From Nannocystis bainbridge (GTDB lineage Bacteria > Myxococcota_A > Polyangia > Nannocystales > Nannocystaceae): 64,000 nucleotides of DNA. The DNA is taken from positions 416,001-480,000 of the forward strand of contig NZ_JAQNDL010000004.1 of NCBI RefSeq assembly GCF_028368995.1, read 5' to 3'. The notes under the pieces are model-generated. The model saw only the letters and a list, made by a program, of their open reading frames with translations. It ran no database searches and had not been told where the DNA came from. Positions 26,245 to 37,971 of this stretch are shown piece after piece. The stretch's first letter is position 1. Each line of letters starts with the position of its first letter. The position numbers were made by a program, and so were the translations under genes.

Positions 26245-28224
26245 ATGCCTCGCCTGCGCCTCGAGTGGATCGCCGTCGCCTCGCTGACGGCGTGCGGTGC
26301 GACGCCCACCGCCGACACGGCCGCGGGTCGGCCGGTGTCGGCAAGCCCGGCCACGCCGGTGACCGCGAGCGCCCCGGCGCCGCTCGAGACGACGGCGCCG
26401 CCGGCCGCGGCAACGCCGGCTCCGACGCCGCTACCGCTGCCGACCGCGGCCGATGCCGGGACCTGTCCGGCCGCCGACGATCGGGCCTATGGGATCTTGG
26501 TGTCACCGCAGCGGCCGGCGGTCGGGCAGCCGATGCGGGTGCTGGCGGCGACGCTGGCGGGCGAAGAGGCGCTGGCGCTGCGGGTCGAGGGCGGGGCTGA
26601 CCCTTCGGACATGCGCTTTTGGACAGGCGCTCCGGCGGCGGCGCTGGCGACGGTGACGCCGGACAGGGCGGGCGAGCTGACGATCGTCGCGGGCCGCGGC
26701 GGGGTCGGCAAGGTCTGCCTCAAAGTGAAGGTGCGCGAGCGGGCCGGGCGCGACGCACCGCCGCCGGCGAGCACGGCGGTGTGGCCGAGCCAGCGCGCGT
26801 GGGACAGCGGGGAAGAGGCGCTGTACTCGGCGTGGGTGCGGGCGCTGTTCCACGCCGAGCCGGGCGTCGACCTGGCCTACACGGCGTTCGATCAGGTGAC
26901 GCGCGATCCGGTCCGCAACATCCTTCATGACGCGTTCGCGTGGGGCGAGGACGCGGCGCCGCAGCAGGGCGGGCTGCACATGCGGCCGGACTGCGCCGAC
27001 ACGCCGTACTTCCTGCGCGCGTACTACAGCTGGAAGCGGGCGCTGCCGTTCGCTTTCCGCGGCTGCTCGCGCGGGGGGCCGGGCAAGCCGCCGCGCTGCG
27101 GCGAGACGACCAGCAACCTGGCGGCGCCGGGTGGGTCGGGGCCGCAGCCGGGGCAGCTCGGGGCGGTGCAACACTTCATGCGGCGCACGCTGGCGTGGGG
27201 GGTGCACACGGGCAACGGGCGGGTGGCGCTGGGCGACGAGCGCAGCGACCTCTATCCGGTGCGACTCGATCGCCGGTCGCTGCGGCCGGGCACGGTCTAC
27301 GCCGATCCTTACGGGCACATCCTGGTGCTGGTGGAGCTGTTCGCCGGCGAGGGCGGGCGGCCGGGGGTGCTGTACGCGGTCGACGGTCAGCCCGACGGCA
27401 GCATCACGCGCAAGCGGTTCTGGGAGGGCAACTTCCTGTGGAACCCGGACCCGCTGCTCGGCGGATCGGGGTTCAAGAATTTCCGGCCGATCGCGATCCG
27501 TGACGGGGCGGCGACGCCGCTGACGGATGCCGAGATCGCGGCCCACGGCGACTACGGCGACCTGTCCCAAGAGCAAGGTACGCTGGCGGGCCCGGCGTTC
27601 TACGACCGCATGGAGGCGATCGTGTCGCCAGGCGCGCGCGACCCGTTCCTCGCCCAGGAGGAGGCGGTCGCGGCGCTGTTCGAGCAGGCGCGAGTGCGGG
27701 TGACGTCGGTCGGCAACGGTGAGGCGTTCTTCAAGCAGAGCCCGGGGGCGACGATCGCGATGCCGGAGGGGTTCGCGGTGTTCGAGACGACGGGCTCGTG
27801 GGAGTCGTACTCGACGCCGGCCCGCGACCTGCGGCTGCTGATCGCCATCGACGTGGTCCGCGACTTCGCCGACAAGGTGCGACGTCAGCCGGCGGTGTTC
27901 GCGGCGGAGAACGACCTCGAGGGCGTGGTGCGCCGGCTCGGCGAGGCGCGCGACAAGCTGCTCGCCGATCCGAAGTTCCGCTTCGAGTACGTGCGCAGCG
28001 ACGGATCGAAGTGGCCGCTCGGGCTCGGCGAACTGGTGGCCCGGGGGCGCGCGCTCGAGGTCGCTTACAACCCGAACGACTGCCCGGAGCACCGCTGGGG
28101 CGCGCCCGCCGGCAGCGAGGAGGCGAAGCCTTGCTCGCGCCGGGCACCGAACGAGCAGCAGACGAAGATGGAGCGCTATCGGGAGTGGTTCTCGGCGCGC
28201 AAGCGGCCGGCCCGCGGGACCTGA
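26245..28224 (+). CDS. hypothetical lipoprotein with possible NlpC/P60-like Cys-His peptidase domain
   Basis: VASLTAC lipobox, Pro/Ala/Thr linker, DCAD and LRPGTVY..GHILV motifs. Confidence 0.7.
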   Translation: MPRLRLEWIAVASLTACGATPTADTAAGRPVSASPATPVTASAPAPLETTAPPAAATPAPTPLPLPTAADAGTCPAADDRAYGILVSPQRPAVGQPMRVLAATLAGEEALALRVEGGADPSDMRFWTGAPAAALATVTPDRAGELTIVAGRGGVGKVCLKVKVRERAGRDAPPPASTAVWPSQRAWDSGEEALYSAWVRALFHAEPGVDLAYTAFDQVTRDPVRNILHDAFAWGEDAAPQQGGLHMRPDCADTPYFLRAYYSWKRALPFAFRGCSRGGPGKPPRCGETTSNLAAPGGSGPQPGQLGAVQHFMRRTLAWGVHTGNGRVALGDERSDLYPVRLDRRSLRPGTVYADPYGHILVLVELFAGEGGRPGVLYAVDGQPDGSITRKRFWEGNFLWNPDPLLGGSGFKNFRPIAIRDGAATPLTDAEIAAHGDYGDLSQEQGTLAGPAFYDRMEAIVSPGARDPFLAQEEAVAALFEQARVRVTSVGNGEAFFKQSPGATIAMPEGFAVFETTGSWESYSTPARDLRLLIAIDVVRDFADKVRRQPAVFAAENDLEGVVRRLGEARDKLLADPKFRFEYVRSDGSKWPLGLGELVARGRALEVAYNPNDCPEHRWGAPAGSEEAKPCSRRAPNEQQTKMERYREWFSARKRPARGT

Positions 28225-28407
28225 GGAGTCGGGTCGGTCGCGGCGCGGGCGACGGTGAGGCGCGACGAGCGAGTCTCGCGCCCGGCACGCGGGACCCGGG
28301 GCGCGACGAGCGAGTCGTTCGCGCCCGGCTCGGGGGACTCGAGGCGCGGCGAAGTGCGAGTCACTCGTCGGTGTGACGAAGCAGTGACGCGCGGACAGTC
28401 GGCCGGA

Positions 28408-28851
28408 TCAGGCGCCGGCGTCGCGCGGCGGGCGGACGACGAGGACGCTGCAGTGGGCGTGATTGACGACGCGGGCAGCGGTGGTGCCGAGCAGGCGATC
28501 GAGGGTGTCGAAGCCGTGGCTACCGATGATGATGAGGTCGGCGCCGATGGCGTCGGCGACCTCGCAAATCACCTGCGCGGGTCGGCCGAGGCGGACGTGG
28601 ATCTCGCCGGCGAGCGAGGCCGTGAGGGAGCCTCGCAGGTTCACGAGGTCCTGGTGCGCGAGCTCCACCAGGCGCGCGCCGAGCTCTTCGCCGCTGAGCG
28701 ACCAGGCTTCGACGGGCATGCCGATCGGGACGTTGACGGCCCGGCACAGGTCGAGCGCGGCGCCGTGGCTGGCGGCGAGCTGCGCGGCCTGGCGGAGGAC
28801 GAGGTCGGTCCGCGAGGACCCGTCGAGGGCGGCGAGGATGCGGGTGTACAT
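28408..28851 (-). CDS. universal stress protein
   Basis: ILAALDGS, GRPAQVI, ADLIIIGSHG, LLGTTA, CSVLVVR. Confidence 0.92.
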   Translation of the reverse strand: MYTRILAALDGSSRTDLVLRQAAQLAASHGAALDLCRAVNVPIGMPVEAWSLSGEELGARLVELAHQDLVNLRGSLTASLAGEIHVRLGRPAQVICEVADAIGADLIIIGSHGFDTLDRLLGTTAARVVNHAHCSVLVVRPPRDAGA

Positions 28852-28926
28852 GCGCGGACAATTTAGATCGTCGGCGCGAGGTTGTTCACCTTTTCGATGT
28901 GCGCGGGAGAGCGTAGCCTCCCGGCC

Positions 28927-29352
28927 ATGGTCGACCAATCCACCCCGGTCCGCGACGTGATGACGCCGGCCCCGATCACGATCGGCCGCGCGCAGACGCT
29001 GTCCGACGCGGCTCGGCGGATGCACGAGCACCACGTCCCTCACTTGCCCGTGCTCGAGGGCGGCTACTTGTTCGGGGTCCTCAGCGAGCGGGACATCGAC
29101 CTGGTCGAGAACCTGCCGGACGTGGACCCGGACGCGGTCAAGGTCGAGGAGGCGATGACGCAGGACCCGTACCGCGTCGGCCCGGACGTGACGGTGGGTG
29201 AGGTGGTCCGGACGATGGCGGCCCACAAGTACGGCTCGGCGGTGGTGATGCACGAGGGCCGCGTGGCCGGGATCTTCACCACGGCCGACGCCATGAACCT
29301 GCTGGCCGCGGTCCTGGCGCCCGCCGCTCCGCCCGCCGCCGAAGGTGTATGA
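28927..29352 (+). CDS. CBS-domain protein
   Basis: VRDVMT, HLPVLEG, GVLSERD, VEEAMT, GIFTTAD. Confidence 0.9.
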   Translation: MVDQSTPVRDVMTPAPITIGRAQTLSDAARRMHEHHVPHLPVLEGGYLFGVLSERDIDLVENLPDVDPDAVKVEEAMTQDPYRVGPDVTVGEVVRTMAAHKYGSAVVMHEGRVAGIFTTADAMNLLAAVLAPAAPPAAEGV

Positions 29353-29380
29353 TGCACCCGCGCCAGGCTGCGGGGCGAAC

Positions 29381-30090
29381 ATGAGCGGGCTGATTCTCAT
29401 CGTCGAAGACGAACGCGACCTGGTGGCGACCCTCGAGTACGCGCTCGATCGCGAGGGGTTCCGCACCCGGTCGGCCTACACCGGTCGACAAGCGCTCGAG
29501 ATCGCGGTGACCGAGCCGGCACCCGACCTCGTGCTGCTCGACCTGATGCTGCCCGACATGTCCGGGACGCAGGTGTGCCAGCAGCTCCGCGCCAACGAGC
29601 GCACGCGGGCGATGCCGGTGATCATGATGACGGCCAAGGCCGAGGAGGTCGATCGCGTGGTCGGCTTCGAGGTCGGCGCCGACGACTACGTGGTCAAGCC
29701 GTTCAGCCTGCGCGAGCTGATGCTGCGGATCCGGGCGGTGCTGCGGCGCAAGACCCCGGCCGAGACGCCGCTGGCGCCGACGCCGTACGGGCGGCTGCGC
29801 GTCGACATGGACGGCCATCGCGTGTGGGTCGACGACACCGAGGTGACGCTGACGGCGCTCGAGTTCCGCCTGCTGACGACGCTGATCGCTCGCCGCGGCC
29901 GGGTCCAGACCCGCGACGCGCTGCTGGCCGACGTGTGGGGCGTGCAGCCGGGGCTGACGACGCGCACGGTCGACACGCACGTCCGGCGCCTGCGCAAGAA
30001 GCTGGGCGAGATCGCCGACTACGTGCAGACGCTGCGCGGGGTGGGCTACCGCTTCACGACCGACCTGCGCGCGTCCGAGGACGACGAACC

Positions 30091-30094
<4 letters not shown>
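29381..30094 (+). CDS. OmpR/PhoB-family response regulator (PhoB-like)
   Basis: ILIVEDE, LLDLMLP, GADDYVVKPF, EFRLL, RTVDTHVRRLRKKL, RGVGYR. Confidence 0.93.
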
Positions 30095-31819
<1,725 letters not shown>

Positions 31820-31821
<2 letters not shown>

Positions 31822-31885
31822 GCAGGGCCTTTCAGACAGGTCGTGAAGGACAGGTCGTCGAGGACATGGCCGACTGGGCATGTCC
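31820..31885. repeat. 14-bp-period array (5 units)
   Basis: CAGG 31823, 31837, 31851; CATG 31865, 31879; convergent junction. Confidence 0.88.
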
Positions 31886-31900
31886 TTTGCGACTCACGGG

Positions 31901-33349
31901 TCAGGGCAGCAGGGCGTCGGCGAGCACGTCGAGCAGGGCGCTGTCCTGGGTGTCGCCGGCCAGCTCCCAGAACATCGCGCCGCCGAGGGCCTTGGCGGTG
32001 ATGTAGTCGGTCTTGCGCTGCATCGACTCGGGGTCGTCGTAGGTGATGAAGAGGTCGTCGGCGGCGTCGTAAAGCCACGGGACCGCGGCCTCGGCGTGCC
32101 AGAAGCGCTCGAGCTCGGGCTCGTAGTTGGCGACGATGTCGTGGTAGTCGACGATGCCGGGCTCCCAGGTGCCGGGGCCGGCGCCGCTGAAGGTCGAGTA
32201 GAGGCCGTCCTGGCCGCCGCTGGCGCCGGCGAAGCTGCGGCCGTAGAACGGCACGCCGAGCACCAGCTGATCGGGCGCGACGCCGGCGGCGAGGATGGCG
32301 GTGACGGCGGAGTCGTCGCTGAGCAGGGCGTTGTTCGGGTCGGGATCGTCGGCCGGGCTGTAGAGCGCGGCGTTGTGGGTGGTGGTGCCCATCCACGGGC
32401 CGGCGAAGTCGTAGGCCATGAGGTTGATCCAGTCGACGCTGGCGGCGATGCCGGGGAGATCGAGGTTGGCGAGGTTGCCCGGTCCGGCGGGCGCGGCGAT
32501 GGTCAGCAGGTAGTCGGCGCCGTCTTCGGCCCCGGCGGCGTCGAGCTCGGTCCGCAGGGCGGCCAGGAGCGCGCTGTAGTGCTGGCCCTCGAGCGGCGAG
32601 GCGGGGAACTCCCAGTCGATGTCGACGCCGTCGAACCCGTAGTCGCGCATGAACTTGACGCACGAGGCCGCCAGCTTGGCCCGGCCCTGCTCGGTGGCGG
32701 CGTTGGGGGCGAAGTTGGTCGACCAGGTGTAGCCGCCGACCGAGATGAGGGTGCGCAGGTGGCCGTGCTGCTGCTTGAGCTGGTGAAGCTGGTGGAAGCT
32801 GCCCTTGAGCGGGGCGTTCGGGTCGTCGCCGTCGTAGACCTTCTCGATGTCGGCGTAGCTGTCGCCGAGCACGCACTCGCCGGCGGGGCTGAGGTTGGCG
32901 AAGGCGTAATTGACGTGGGTGAGCTTGGCGGCCGGGATGTCGCTGACGTGGTAGTCGCGGTCGTAGACGGCCCAGGCGGTGAAGTAGCCGACGATCCGGC
33001 CGGCGCCGCGGACGGGATCGCCGGTGGTAGTCGTCGTGGTGTCGATGTCGGTGGTGTCGGTGGTGTCGGGGCCGGTGGTGGTCGAGGCGACGGTGGTGGT
33101 GCCCGGGTCGCCGGTGGTCGGCGCGGTGGTGCCGGTCGGATCGCCGCTGTCGCTGTCGGTCGCGGTCCCGCTCGTCCCGGAAGTCGTGCCGGCGGTGATG
33201 ACGGGATCGGTGGCTGTCGAGCCGTCGGTGGTCGCGGGTGAGCCTGTCCCTTCGGACATGGTCGAATCGCCCTGTCCCCCGGGACATGCAGCGACGAGCG
33301 CGGCGGTCAGCAGGAGCGCGGGGACGGGGCGGGGTGGAAGCGACGGCAT
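31901..33349 (-). CDS. GH18 chitinase lipoprotein with Thr-rich linker
   Basis: LVAAC lipobox; THVNYAF, ISVGG, FDGVDIDWE (DxDxE), MAYDF, GVPFYG, GGAMFWE. Confidence 0.93.
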   Translation of the reverse strand: MPSLPPRPVPALLLTAALVAACPGGQGDSTMSEGTGSPATTDGSTATDPVITAGTTSGTSGTATDSDSGDPTGTTAPTTGDPGTTTVASTTTGPDTTDTTDIDTTTTTTGDPVRGAGRIVGYFTAWAVYDRDYHVSDIPAAKLTHVNYAFANLSPAGECVLGDSYADIEKVYDGDDPNAPLKGSFHQLHQLKQQHGHLRTLISVGGYTWSTNFAPNAATEQGRAKLAASCVKFMRDYGFDGVDIDWEFPASPLEGQHYSALLAALRTELDAAGAEDGADYLLTIAAPAGPGNLANLDLPGIAASVDWINLMAYDFAGPWMGTTTHNAALYSPADDPDPNNALLSDDSAVTAILAAGVAPDQLVLGVPFYGRSFAGASGGQDGLYSTFSGAGPGTWEPGIVDYHDIVANYEPELERFWHAEAAVPWLYDAADDLFITYDDPESMQRKTDYITAKALGGAMFWELAGDTQDSALLDVLADALLP

Positions 33350-33389
33350 GGACGGCCATCTTGACGGCACTCGCGGCCCGAGAGCGAGG

Positions 33390-33430
33390 ACAAAGCGAGC
33401 GCGGGGGCGCGCCAGGGCGCCCCCGCTCGC
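33390..33430 (-). terminator. possible terminator after the VWA genes
   Basis: GC-rich hairpin GCGAGCGGGGGCGC...GCGCCCCCGCGCTCGC followed by TTTG on the minus strand. Confidence 0.35.
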
Positions 33431-33437
33431 GCCGGGC

Positions 33438-34676
33438 TCAGCCGATGACGCAGCCGTACTCGATCTGGACGATGCCGGTCTGCTTGTAGTGCTCGCACGC
33501 GTCGCCGCACAGGATGATGGCGTCGCGGTCGGGCGAGGTGTACTTCCAGCCGGCCTCCTCGTCGCAGTTGGCGACCTGCGTGTCCTGGCCCTCGTAGACC
33601 TGCTGGTCGGCGTCGCTGTCGCTGCCGACCTCGACTTGCTGGATGAAGAAGCTGTCCGGCACCGGCTCGCCGAGCTTGATCTCGCACGAGACGACCTGCT
33701 GCGTGATGGCGTTGAGCGCGGCCTGCAGCTCGGTCTGGTTGAGGGCGTTGTAGAACTTCTCCTCGCCGGGGCGGGCGGTGCCGCCGAGCTCGGCCAGCTC
33801 GTTGAGCTTCTCGTAGGTGTTGGTGTTGTCGGGGTTGCCGTCGACCATCGTCGGCGAGAACACGTCCTCGATGTCGATGCCGATGACGTAGGTCGGGAAG
33901 CCCATCGCCTGGGCCTCGGCGACCACCGCCGGCAGGTTGTCGTCGTAGTCGTTGAACAGCGCGGGCGTCACCGTGCCGGCCTTGCAGTTGGCGGCCCCGT
34001 CGGTGACGAGGATGATGAACTTCGGCTCGTCGTCCTGCAGGCCGGCGAGCTCGTCGAGCGCGACCTTGATGCCGGCCGCGGCCGGGGTGCCGCCGGCGAT
34101 CATCGTCGTGTCGGCGGGCGGGAGGGCGGCGAGGATGGCGGCGCCGCTCTGCGGGCCGATCGGGACCAGCGGCTGGGCGTCGACCGTGCAGGCGGCGGGG
34201 CCGTAAGAGCCGGTGGCGGTGAGCGACGGGAACAGCACCGCGCCGAAGTTGATGACGTTGTCGAGGCTGGCGAAGATCGACTCGACGACCGAGTGGAGGC
34301 TCATCCAGCGGGTGATGTCCGGGGTGTTGGGATCGGCGTCGTGATCCCAGAAGCCGGACTCCTCCGAGATCATCGAGCCCGACTTGTCGAGCACGAGCAC
34401 GACCCGCGGGATGACGGGCTCGATCTCCATCGGCACGAACTCGTCACACACCAGCGGACCGTCCTCAGTCGTGGTCCCGGTGACGTCGGGGCCGGTGGTG
34501 GGCGCCCCGGTGGTCGGGTCTTCGGGCCCGGTGGTGCTGGTGGTGGTGGTGAGCGGGGGCAGCTCGACGCCGGTGGTGCCGGGGGTCGAGTTGCCGCCGG
34601 CGGTGTCGTCATCCCCGCCAGGGCAGGCGCTGAGGAGCGCAACGGAAGCTACGGTGACAAACAGAGGGCGCTGCAT
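33438..34676 (-). CDS. VWA-domain lipoprotein (CglB-like), paralog 1
   Basis: LLSAC lipobox, Thr-rich linker, MIDAS DKSGS, GGTP, VTDGAANC, Cys-rich C-terminus ending YGC. Confidence 0.85.
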   Translation of the reverse strand: MQRPLFVTVASVALLSACPGGDDDTAGGNSTPGTTGVELPPLTTTTSTTGPEDPTTGAPTTGPDVTGTTTEDGPLVCDEFVPMEIEPVIPRVVLVLDKSGSMISEESGFWDHDADPNTPDITRWMSLHSVVESIFASLDNVINFGAVLFPSLTATGSYGPAACTVDAQPLVPIGPQSGAAILAALPPADTTMIAGGTPAAAGIKVALDELAGLQDDEPKFIILVTDGAANCKAGTVTPALFNDYDDNLPAVVAEAQAMGFPTYVIGIDIEDVFSPTMVDGNPDNTNTYEKLNELAELGGTARPGEEKFYNALNQTELQAALNAITQQVVSCEIKLGEPVPDSFFIQQVEVGSDSDADQQVYEGQDTQVANCDEEAGWKYTSPDRDAIILCGDACEHYKQTGIVQIEYGCVIG

Positions 34677-34810
34677 GTCGGGGCAGTACCCGCGGCGGCG
34701 CTTTCAATTGGGGTCGATGAACATCGGCCGCGGCGCCGCAAAACGGCGACCGCGGCGGGTCCGGAGTGCGCGCGCCCTCGCTCGCCCCCGGACCCGCGCG
34801 GCGCCGAACT

Positions 34811-36034
34811 CTAGGGGATGAAGCAGCCGTACTCGATCTCGACGAGGCCGGTGGCTTTGTAGTGCTCGCAGGCGGCGCCGCACAGGACGATCGCGTCGCG
34901 CGTCGGGCTGGTGTACTGCCAGCCGCTCTCGCTGTCGCAAGCGTCGACCTGCGTGTCCTGGCCGTCGTATTCCTGCTTGTCGGCGTCGTCGCCGATCTCG
35001 ACGCGCTGGATGTAGAAGTGGTCAGGGACGGGCTTGCCGAGGCCGATCTCGCACGAGACGACGCCGCCGGTGATGGCCATGAGCGCGGCCTGCAGCTCCT
35101 CCTCGTTGGTGGCGTTGTAGAACTTCTCGGCGCCCGGCCGCGCGGTGCCGGCGATCTCGGCCAGCTCGTTGAGCTGCTCGTAGGGGTTGATGCCGTCGGG
35201 GTTGCCGTCCTGCAGCACCGGGGTGAGCGCGTCGGAGATGTCGATGCCGACGACGTGGACCTGATAGCCGGCGTCGCGGGCGTCGGCGACGGTGGTGGCC
35301 AGACGGGCGTCGTAGTCGTCGAACAGCTTGTCGTTGTCGGGATCGCAGTTGGCGGCGCCGTCGGTGATGAAGATGATCGACCTCGGCTCTTCGCCCTCGA
35401 GCCCATCGAGCGCGCTGATGGCCGCCTGGAGGCCGGCGGTCGAGGGGGTGCCGCCGGCGATCGTGGTGGTGTTCGGCGGCGGGATGGCGGCGAGGATGGC
35501 CCCGCCGGCCTGCGGACCGACCGGCACCAGCAGATCGGCCCCGACGACGCAGGCGGCGATGGTCGGCTTGGCGGTGGCCGCGAGCGACGGGAACAGCACC
35601 GCGCCGAACTGGACCACGGTGTCGAGGCCGCCGACCATCGACTCGACCACCGCGTGCAGGCTCGACCAGCGCGACACGACGTCGGTGGCAGGATCGCCGT
35701 CGTGGTCCCACTCGTAGAGCATCGAGCCCGACTTGTCGAGGACGAGGACGACGCGCGGCACGATCGGCTCGGGCGCCGCCGGGATGAAGTCGTCGCACTT
35801 GAGCGGGCCGTCGCCGGTGGTGCTGGAGGCGGTAGTGGTCGGATCGGGCTCGTCCTGCGTGGTGGTCCCGGGCTCGCCGCCGCTGCTGGTGCTGTCGTCC
35901 GCGGTGGTCGGCGGGAGGATGCTGGTGACGACCTCCGAAGCAGCGTCGCTGTCGCTCTCGCTGGTGGCCTCGCCGCCCGGACACGCGGATAGAAGAAGGA
36001 CAAGCCAAGCCATGGATAAGGATGAGCGCTGCAT
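34811..36034 (-). CDS. VWA-domain lipoprotein (CglB-like), paralog 2
   Basis: LLSAC lipobox, DKSGS, ITDGAANC; clearly collinear with 33438-34676. Confidence 0.85.
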   Translation of the reverse strand: MQRSSLSMAWLVLLLSACPGGEATSESDSDAASEVVTSILPPTTADDSTSSGGEPGTTTQDEPDPTTTASSTTGDGPLKCDDFIPAAPEPIVPRVVLVLDKSGSMLYEWDHDGDPATDVVSRWSSLHAVVESMVGGLDTVVQFGAVLFPSLAATAKPTIAACVVGADLLVPVGPQAGGAILAAIPPPNTTTIAGGTPSTAGLQAAISALDGLEGEEPRSIIFITDGAANCDPDNDKLFDDYDARLATTVADARDAGYQVHVVGIDISDALTPVLQDGNPDGINPYEQLNELAEIAGTARPGAEKFYNATNEEELQAALMAITGGVVSCEIGLGKPVPDHFYIQRVEIGDDADKQEYDGQDTQVDACDSESGWQYTSPTRDAIVLCGAACEHYKATGLVEIEYGCFIP

Positions 36035-36085
36035 GATCGGGCAGTACCCGCCGCGCAGCGTTCAATTGCGGGGGCGCGTCGATCG

Positions 36086-37252
36086 CTAAAGACAGCCGAA
36101 GCGCAGCCGGGCGATCGCGCCCGCGTGCAGCCGATCACAGGCGGCGGGGCAAAGCTCGATCGCCCGGTGGGTGTCGTCGCGCCAGCGCCAGGCCCAGCGA
36201 TCGTCGCAGTCGGGGTCGGCGCGGTGCATGCGACCGTCGACGTCGAGGGCGACGAGGTTCGGATAGTCGGGCGCGGCGTCGATGCCGATCCGGCAGGCGT
36301 CGACCTGCTCGGCCAGGGGGGCCAGGCGCTCGCGCAGACCGGCCAGCACCTGCGGCAGCGCGGCCGTGTCGCGCAGGTGGAGGTAGTGCTCGGGCCCCGC
36401 TTGCGCCGCGCCGCCGGCCAGCGCGAGCGCGTTGAAGTACTCGTGCGGGTTGACGTCGTCGATCATGCTGTCGCCCGCGAGCAGCGGGGCGAGCACGTCC
36501 ATGACGCTGATGCCGACGACGACCGTCGGGATGCCGCTGGCGAAGCTGGCCTCGACCAGCGGGTAGACCTCGCCGTCGAGCTTCTCGGCGATGTCCTCTT
36601 TGATCTTCGGCTTGGTCGGGCAGTTCGGCGGGTTGTCGCTGACGAGGACGATGGCGCGCTGGCGCAGCAGGCCGTCCTCCAGCGGCGGGAACAGGTCGGA
36701 CCAGGCCTCGCGCAGCGGGTTCTCGCCGATCGGCGGCGAGGCGATGTCCTCGGGGACAGCGTCGAGGATGGCCGCCGAGACGTCTTCGGTGCCGAATGGG
36801 ACCCGCGAGTTGTCGTTGAGGTTGCAGAAGCCCTGCTCGGAGATCAGGGTCGGCGTCGGGAACACGACCGCGGCGAAGTCGATGCGATCGGCGAACTCGG
36901 GCACGAGGGTGTGGACCAGCGCGACCAGGCCGTCCCAGCGGCTGAGGCCGGGCGGGTCGACGGCCTGGGCGCAGCGCTCGCGCTCGGTCGGATCGTCGAG
37001 GCAGCGGCGCATCGACTGCGAGTGGTCGAGCAGCAGGGCGACCTGCGGGCGCACGTCCTGCAGGTCGAAGGTGAGGCCGCTGCAGCGGCGCTCGACGGCG
37101 CACACGCCGTCGTCCTGGCACGGCAGGTCGGGGCCGCAGTCGGCGTCGGTCTCGCAGCGCTCGCCCCAAAGCGCCTGTCCTTCGAAACATGACCCGAAGA
37201 CCAGGGCCGTGGCGAGGCAGGCGAGGCGCGCGAGGCCGGCCGCGCGCGCCAT
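36086..37252 (-). CDS. VWA-domain lipoprotein, divergent paralog 3
   Basis: VFGSC lipobox, Cys-rich CETDADC..C..C module, DHSQS MIDAS variant, VSDNPPNC, ELCPAAC..FGC. Confidence 0.8.
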   Translation of the reverse strand: MARAAGLARLACLATALVFGSCFEGQALWGERCETDADCGPDLPCQDDGVCAVERRCSGLTFDLQDVRPQVALLLDHSQSMRRCLDDPTERERCAQAVDPPGLSRWDGLVALVHTLVPEFADRIDFAAVVFPTPTLISEQGFCNLNDNSRVPFGTEDVSAAILDAVPEDIASPPIGENPLREAWSDLFPPLEDGLLRQRAIVLVSDNPPNCPTKPKIKEDIAEKLDGEVYPLVEASFASGIPTVVVGISVMDVLAPLLAGDSMIDDVNPHEYFNALALAGGAAQAGPEHYLHLRDTAALPQVLAGLRERLAPLAEQVDACRIGIDAAPDYPNLVALDVDGRMHRADPDCDDRWAWRWRDDTHRAIELCPAACDRLHAGAIARLRFGCL

Positions 37253-37884
37253 CAGTGGCCCTTCCAGGTCCGGCGCTTGCCGGTGTCGAGGTGGACGAAC
37301 TGGCTGACGGGGTAGTAGCCGACGCCGCCTTTCCACCGCTTGAGCGCGTACTTGTAGAGCTTGTCGGCCTTGACGCCGCGCAGCGAGAAGTCGATCGCCT
37401 GGCTGCGCGCGTGCTGGCTGTCGCGCGCGACCTCGTGGCCCTTCTTGGTGAGCATGAGGTTGAACTTGGGGTGGCGGAAGCCGCTGATGACGCGGACCTC
37501 GCCGGCGCCGAAGTGGTCGGCCGCGGCGACGACCCCGGCGATCAGCTCGGCGGGGTGGCCGGCCGGCTCGTCGGTGAAGCGGCAGCGAAAGAAGCTCGCC
37601 AGCGCGCCGGGAGGGTGGGGGCCGCGCAGCGGCATGACCTCGAGCGTGTGAAGGTGACGGGCGAACAGCACCGGGTCGGCCTGGTCGCCGGCGCGTGGGG
37701 AGTCGCGGCAGACCGGGTCGATGAGACATGTTCCATCGGACATGTCCTTGGGGCAACATGCGCGCCGGGCCGGCGGCGGGGCCCGCTTGGCGGCGAGGTA
37801 GGCGGCCTTCTTGTCGTCCTCGTGCTCGCCGGTCGGACCGACGGCGGGGCCGAGCAGCGCGGCGACGAGGAGGACGACCTGCAC
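37252..37884 (-). CDS. YcbK/DUF882 family (peptidase M15-like) protein
   Basis: VISGFR, SQH..SQAID, GGVGYYP, FVHLDTG. Confidence 0.85.
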   Translation of the reverse strand: MQVVLLVAALLGPAVGPTGEHEDDKKAAYLAAKRAPPPARRACCPKDMSDGTCLIDPVCRDSPRAGDQADPVLFARHLHTLEVMPLRGPHPPGALASFFRCRFTDEPAGHPAELIAGVVAAADHFGAGEVRVISGFRHPKFNLMLTKKGHEVARDSQHARSQAIDFSLRGVKADKLYKYALKRWKGGVGYYPVSQFVHLDTGKRRTWKGH

Positions 37885-37971
37885 GCGGACAGTCTAGTGC
37901 GCGGCGCGGGTTCTTTCGAGCCTCGCCGCGCGGGCGCGTGGACGCGGCCGAATTCGGGCTGGGTGACGGCG

